Part shown: in pieces, positions 60,461-64,000 of the stretch
Layout: every line of letters starts with the position of its first letter
How positions within the stretch are numbered: position 1 is the first letter of the stretch
DNA from: Candidatus Cloacimonadales bacterium
GTDB taxonomy: Bacteria > Cloacimonadota > Cloacimonadia > Cloacimonadales > JAIOQZ01
Assembly (NCBI GenBank): GCA_963665815.1
Contig: OY762463.1
Span: 32,001 to 96,000, forward strand
Reading direction: 5' to 3'
Length of the DNA: 64,000 nucleotides
The notes under the pieces: generated by a model
Database searches by the model: none
What the model saw: only the letters and a program-made list of their open reading frames with translations
Told to the model about the DNA's origin: nothing
Position numbers and translations under genes: made by a program

Positions 60461-61561
60461 ATGGAAATATCATTCTATAAGAAAGTTAGAAATTTCATAG
60501 AGTTTTTTGATAAGCCTTTCACCGGTGACGTTGTTGCCGGTGAAACCGGTCTTACAATTAAGCAGGTTACCAGAGTTCTTGGTAAGATGAATGACGTAGG
60601 TTTAATCAAGCCCATTTCATCACAAGGCAAGTTCAGAATCTATATCAAGAACATTGAATACAAAGAAGAAAATCCGATGAACAACTATAACTTCGAAATC
60701 AAATTTCTAAAATCTATGATTCGTAAATTGAAAACCGGTAATTATAGCAGTACACGTCAGCTTGAAGACGTTATGGATGGTGACAGAAGAAAAGTAACTC
60801 GCTATTTGATAGCTCTCTGTTCAATCGGAATGGTAGATTTGATAAACGGTAAATACAAAGTGGTTAAGGATGTTGACCTGCTTCTGATTGGAAGCAAGAT
60901 GGATCGATCAATTTTAAGAAAACTCAAAGATAAAGAAATCGAATTTACAGAAGGAGTAATAATGGGAAGAAAGGAGAAAATACTTACAGATGCACATGGT
61001 CGGGAATATCCTGCTAAAATACTTGATCCTCAAATTGTGAAGAGAGACACTATTGTTAATCGTTTAATGGGCAAAGCATTGAGATTACACGATAAAATAG
61101 AAACCGAGAAAATTAAGATGGTTGAAGATATTGATAAATACCTCACTCAAACAGCTCAGAAATATGGAGAAGAATGGAAAGGCAATGCTGAATTGGTTTC
61201 CTTTGATGGTAAGTATAAAATTGAAATCAGAAACCGAGAGCGTATTGAATTCAGCGAAAAACTCCAAATTGCAAAACAGAAGATTGATGAGTGTCTAAAA
61301 CGCTGGAGCGAGGATTCAAATGTTAATCTTCAGGCAGTTATCAAAGAAGCATTTCAGGTTGATAAAAAAGGCGAAATTGCCAAAAGCAGAATCTTAGGTC
61401 TCCGCCGTTTCAACATCAAAGATAAACAATGGCAACAAGCTATGGATTTAATAGACGAAGCCATACAAGTTACTTCAACCAAGCAGTATATTGCATTTTA
61501 TGAAAGACCATCGGAAGACAAATCATTTCAGCTTGTATCACTAAATTTTAGTGCGTTATAG
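60461..61561 (+). CDS. winged-helix-like region fused in frame to a DUF3164-family Mu-like phage protein
   Basis: C-terminal SFDG, AKQKIDEC, AFQVDKKG and WQQAMDLI motifs; internal RBS plus ATG at 60962. Confidence 0.7.
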   Translation: MEISFYKKVRNFIEFFDKPFTGDVVAGETGLTIKQVTRVLGKMNDVGLIKPISSQGKFRIYIKNIEYKEENPMNNYNFEIKFLKSMIRKLKTGNYSSTRQLEDVMDGDRRKVTRYLIALCSIGMVDLINGKYKVVKDVDLLLIGSKMDRSILRKLKDKEIEFTEGVIMGRKEKILTDAHGREYPAKILDPQIVKRDTIVNRLMGKALRLHDKIETEKIKMVEDIDKYLTQTAQKYGEEWKGNAELVSFDGKYKIEIRNRERIEFSEKLQIAKQKIDECLKRWSEDSNVNLQAVIKEAFQVDKKGEIAKSRILGLRRFNIKDKQWQQAMDLIDEAIQVTSTKQYIAFYERPSEDKSFQLVSLNFSAL

Positions 61562-61706
61562 AAACTAACAGAGCAGGGCGATAAACTCCGGATTTTCGGA
61601 GTGTTTCTCTTTGCTCTCTTTTTTTGACATTTTTTGTGGTAACTCTGGGCAACGCTGTTTGACCCTGTTGGCAACTCCTATTTATATGAACTCAGGAGAT
61701 AAAAAT

Positions 61707-61919
61707 ATGGTTCAGGTTTTTAATGAAAGCAAGTGTTATACTCCCTTGAGAGTATCAGAAATTTTGGCTGTTGATATCAGCACCATCTACAGGCTGATCA
61801 GAGATATTGATCATCCGCTTCCTGCATTCAGGCTTAAATCCAATGGTCAATTACGAGTGCATGGAAAAGAAATAAACAAGTATTTAGAAGATCACAAGGT
61901 TGATCCTCTAAACGAATAA
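61707..61919 (+). CDS. excisionase-like HTH DNA-binding protein
   Basis: YTPLRVSEILAVDISTIYRLI...LPAFR; AGGAG RBS. Confidence 0.7.
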   Translation: MVQVFNESKCYTPLRVSEILAVDISTIYRLIRDIDHPLPAFRLKSNGQLRVHGKEINKYLEDHKVDPLNE

Positions 61920-62318
61920 ATGATGACAAACAGGCAGATTGAGTTTGCAAAGCGTTTGAGAAAGAAGATAGTCATTTTCGCAAAAAATGATCTCCGAATG
62001 ACTATGAATGACCTTCACTCTCAAATGGAATCTCTGGGATACGGAACCTCCCTCAGGCAACTCAGTCTGCCTTCTCTTATTAATCTCAACCAAACACTTA
62101 AAGGTAAATCAAACTGTATTCACGAAAATCTCGATGCTCAAGGCAAGAAAATCTGGGCATTGTATAAATCTTCAACTTGGAGCAAAGAGCAGTTATATGG
62201 CTTCATTGCTCAGAAATTCGGAAAATCCGGAATTCAGTATTTAACCAAACAAGAAAAAGGAACTTTGATTAAAGTCTTACAAAGCTATGAACTCAAGAGA
62301 ATACAAAATCAAACGTGA
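61920..62318 (+). CDS. Mu GemA/gp16-like phage protein
   Basis: SLRQLS, KKIWAL and LYGFI...FG...YLT pattern; position in a Mu-like operon. Confidence 0.55.
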   Translation: MMTNRQIEFAKRLRKKIVIFAKNDLRMTMNDLHSQMESLGYGTSLRQLSLPSLINLNQTLKGKSNCIHENLDAQGKKIWALYKSSTWSKEQLYGFIAQKFGKSGIQYLTKQEKGTLIKVLQSYELKRIQNQT

Positions 62319-62748
62319 ATCAGCTAAGAAGCTGTATCTGAAAGGTGAAACCAATGCTGTTGCTCTTGCTAAAATTTATGGAGTAACAGATAAAACCGTT
62401 CGCAACTGGATTAGAACCGGTAAATGGGAAGCTGAGTATGATGAGATTTCAAGTCTTGAAGATGAGATTAAAATAGCAGTTAAGAAGGCTTTAATCAAGG
62501 CTCTCAAAGAATATGCCAGAGACCCGCAAAACACCGCTCTACAATCCCTTGTTTCGCTTCTCAGGCAATACAACAAAGACATTGAACCAACCAGAGATTT
62601 TATCGAATATATGAAGAAATTTCTGGATTGGCTTGTTGATTTCTTTCTTACACGAAACGATGATGATATCGCTAGAGCAATTCAAAAGGAAATATTGGGA
62701 GAAGCCGGTATTGTAGAATACTTCAGGAAGCGTGCAAGTAGTGGTTAA
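62287..62748 (+). CDS. putative terminase small subunit (HTH)
   Basis: AKKLYL...LAKIYGVTDKTVRNW...KW; precedes the large terminase. Confidence 0.7.
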   Translation: MNSREYKIKRESAKKLYLKGETNAVALAKIYGVTDKTVRNWIRTGKWEAEYDEISSLEDEIKIAVKKALIKALKEYARDPQNTALQSLVSLLRQYNKDIEPTRDFIEYMKKFLDWLVDFFLTRNDDDIARAIQKEILGEAGIVEYFRKRASSG

Positions 62749-64000
62749 AATTACTCAGAAAGATTACAAAAACTTTACTGCAATTGCTTCCAAGACTTCT
62801 AGTGTAAAGCCATTTCCCAATGATACACCGACAAAGCAGAAGCAAAGAATTAAAAAGGCTACCGGTAATGACTGGAAAGCCTTCTCTTATTTCTGCAAAA
62901 ACTATTTTCCACACATTTTCAAACTTACATTTGCAGATGCTCATCAGGAGATGTTTGAGATAACAGAAGAATATGACGGCATAACTTCCATTACCGGATT
63001 CAGAGGTTTAGGAAAAACTGTTTTAATGGGAGTGGTTTATCCAATCTGGAAAATTATCAAAGGTGAGAGATATGTAATTCATACTGCTGCAGATGCTGAT
63101 CTGGCTGAAGAAAGAACTGCTTTCACTTATAACGAACTTACTCAAAATAAAAGACTTCATACTGATTTAGATGGTTTACTTCCAATTTATAGAGATGAAT
63201 CAGACTTTTATCTTCAGAATAAATGCCGTATTAGAGCAAGAGGTATAAAACAATCCTTCAGAGGAAGTATTAATCCTCGCACTTCAACTCGTCCCGGATT
63301 AGTAGTCTGTGATGATATCGACAAAGAAGAAAATATCGGCAACCAATCCATTGGCAGAAAAAAGATGGATAAGATTGTGCAAGAGATTGGTGGAGCTTTA
63401 AATCCAGCGGGAAATGGCAAGATCATCTGGCTTGGGAACCTTGTTCATCCCAATTATGCAATCTGTCAGTTTCAGCAAAGTATCATTGATGAAATCAAAT
63501 CCGAAGATCAGGATTTTAATCAAGATTCTGTTCAGCATTTATTCGTTACGGAAAGAAGACTGCTTAGATTTCCGTTAGAGAATCCTTACGGAAATTCCGT
63601 GTGGGAAAAACAATATCCAACATCTGAAATCCCGAATCTGAAGAAGAAATTCGGATTAACAGGTTATCAAAGAGAGTTTCTTGGCAAGCCTGTTATCGAA
63701 GGCAATATGTTCAAATTTCATTGGTTTACCAAATATACTAAACTACCGAAACGATTTAAGAAAGTGTGGATGTATGCTGATCCAGCTTGGGGTGAGAAAG
63801 GTTGCTACAAAGCGATCATCTCAATAGGATATGATGGAATCAGGTTTTACATCATTCACGTGTGGATCAGGCAGACTGAGAACAGTAAGTTCTTTAGTTA
63901 TTACTATGATGCTTATCAGGAGTTATCAAAGAAATATGGTGTTAGATTCAGATCAGCAATGGAGACTAATTTTGGTCAGCATCGTATTCTTACTGATTTT
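62741..64000 (+). CDS. terminase large subunit (3' truncated; absent from the ORF track)
   Basis: Read manually from GTG 62741: FCKNYFPH, GFRGLGKT (Walker A), RPGLVVCDDID (Walker B) and YADPA (nuclease). Confidence 0.85.
   Translation, partial: MVKITQKDYKNFTAIASKTSSVKPFPNDTPTKQKQRIKKATGNDWKAFSYFCKNYFPHIFKLTFADAHQEMFEITEEYDGITSITGFRGLGKTVLMGVVYPIWKIIKGERYVIHTAADADLAEERTAFTYNELTQNKRLHTDLDGLLPIYRDESDFYLQNKCRIRARGIKQSFRGSINPRTSTRPGLVVCDDIDKEENIGNQSIGRKKMDKIVQEIGGALNPAGNGKIIWLGNLVHPNYAICQFQQSIIDEIKSEDQDFNQDSVQHLFVTERRLLRFPLENPYGNSVWEKQYPTSEIPNLKKKFGLTGYQREFLGKPVIEGNMFKFHWFTKYTKLPKRFKKVWMYADPAWGEKGCYKAIISIGYDGIRFYIIHVWIRQTENSKFFSYYYDAYQELSKKYGVRFRSAMETNFGQHRILTDF

Larger units (their letters stand above)
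54887..64000 (+). mobile_element. Mu-like transposable prophage, left part (continues beyond the window)
   Basis: Putative TG-initiated end TGTATAAAGTG; repressor, ner-like gene, MuA-like DDE transposase, MuB-like ATPase, DUF3164, terminase genes. Confidence 0.85.

Overview
AT-rich bacterial chromosomal window. Secreted proteins carry YPNPFNP-type C-terminal sorting domains and include a C25 peptidase, which suggests an FCB-group host, most like Cloacimonadota (inference). 1-36 kb is mostly housekeeping and envelope genes: a sigma-54 regulator end, a transglutaminase pair, CIRCE-controlled Hsp20s, a C25 peptidase, a thioredoxin-ApbE-DUF4266-DUF3570 cluster, a PAS kinase, dnaB, trmL, dapA, NFACT, queC, ribD, and a tandem-TrmO/UvrA fusion. 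36.1-41.5 kb is a complete type II-C CRISPR-Cas locus with a 15-repeat array, cas2, cas1, a compact 986-aa cas9 and a tracrRNA. 41.6-47.9 kb holds HAD, DegT, an SBP and zur-znuACB. 48-52.8 kb is a tandem family of modular paralogues. 52.9-64 kb is the left part of a Mu-like prophage that appears to abut or interrupt the repressor gene of an older related prophage. Each of the two left-end copies carries a different nuclease (OLD-family or HNH) in the slot between the phage end and the repressor. Two candidate -1 frameshifts were found (thioredoxin to ApbE at A_AAA_AAG; Mu transposase at AGA_AAG_TAA). All homology calls come from motif recognition by eye; no searches were run.
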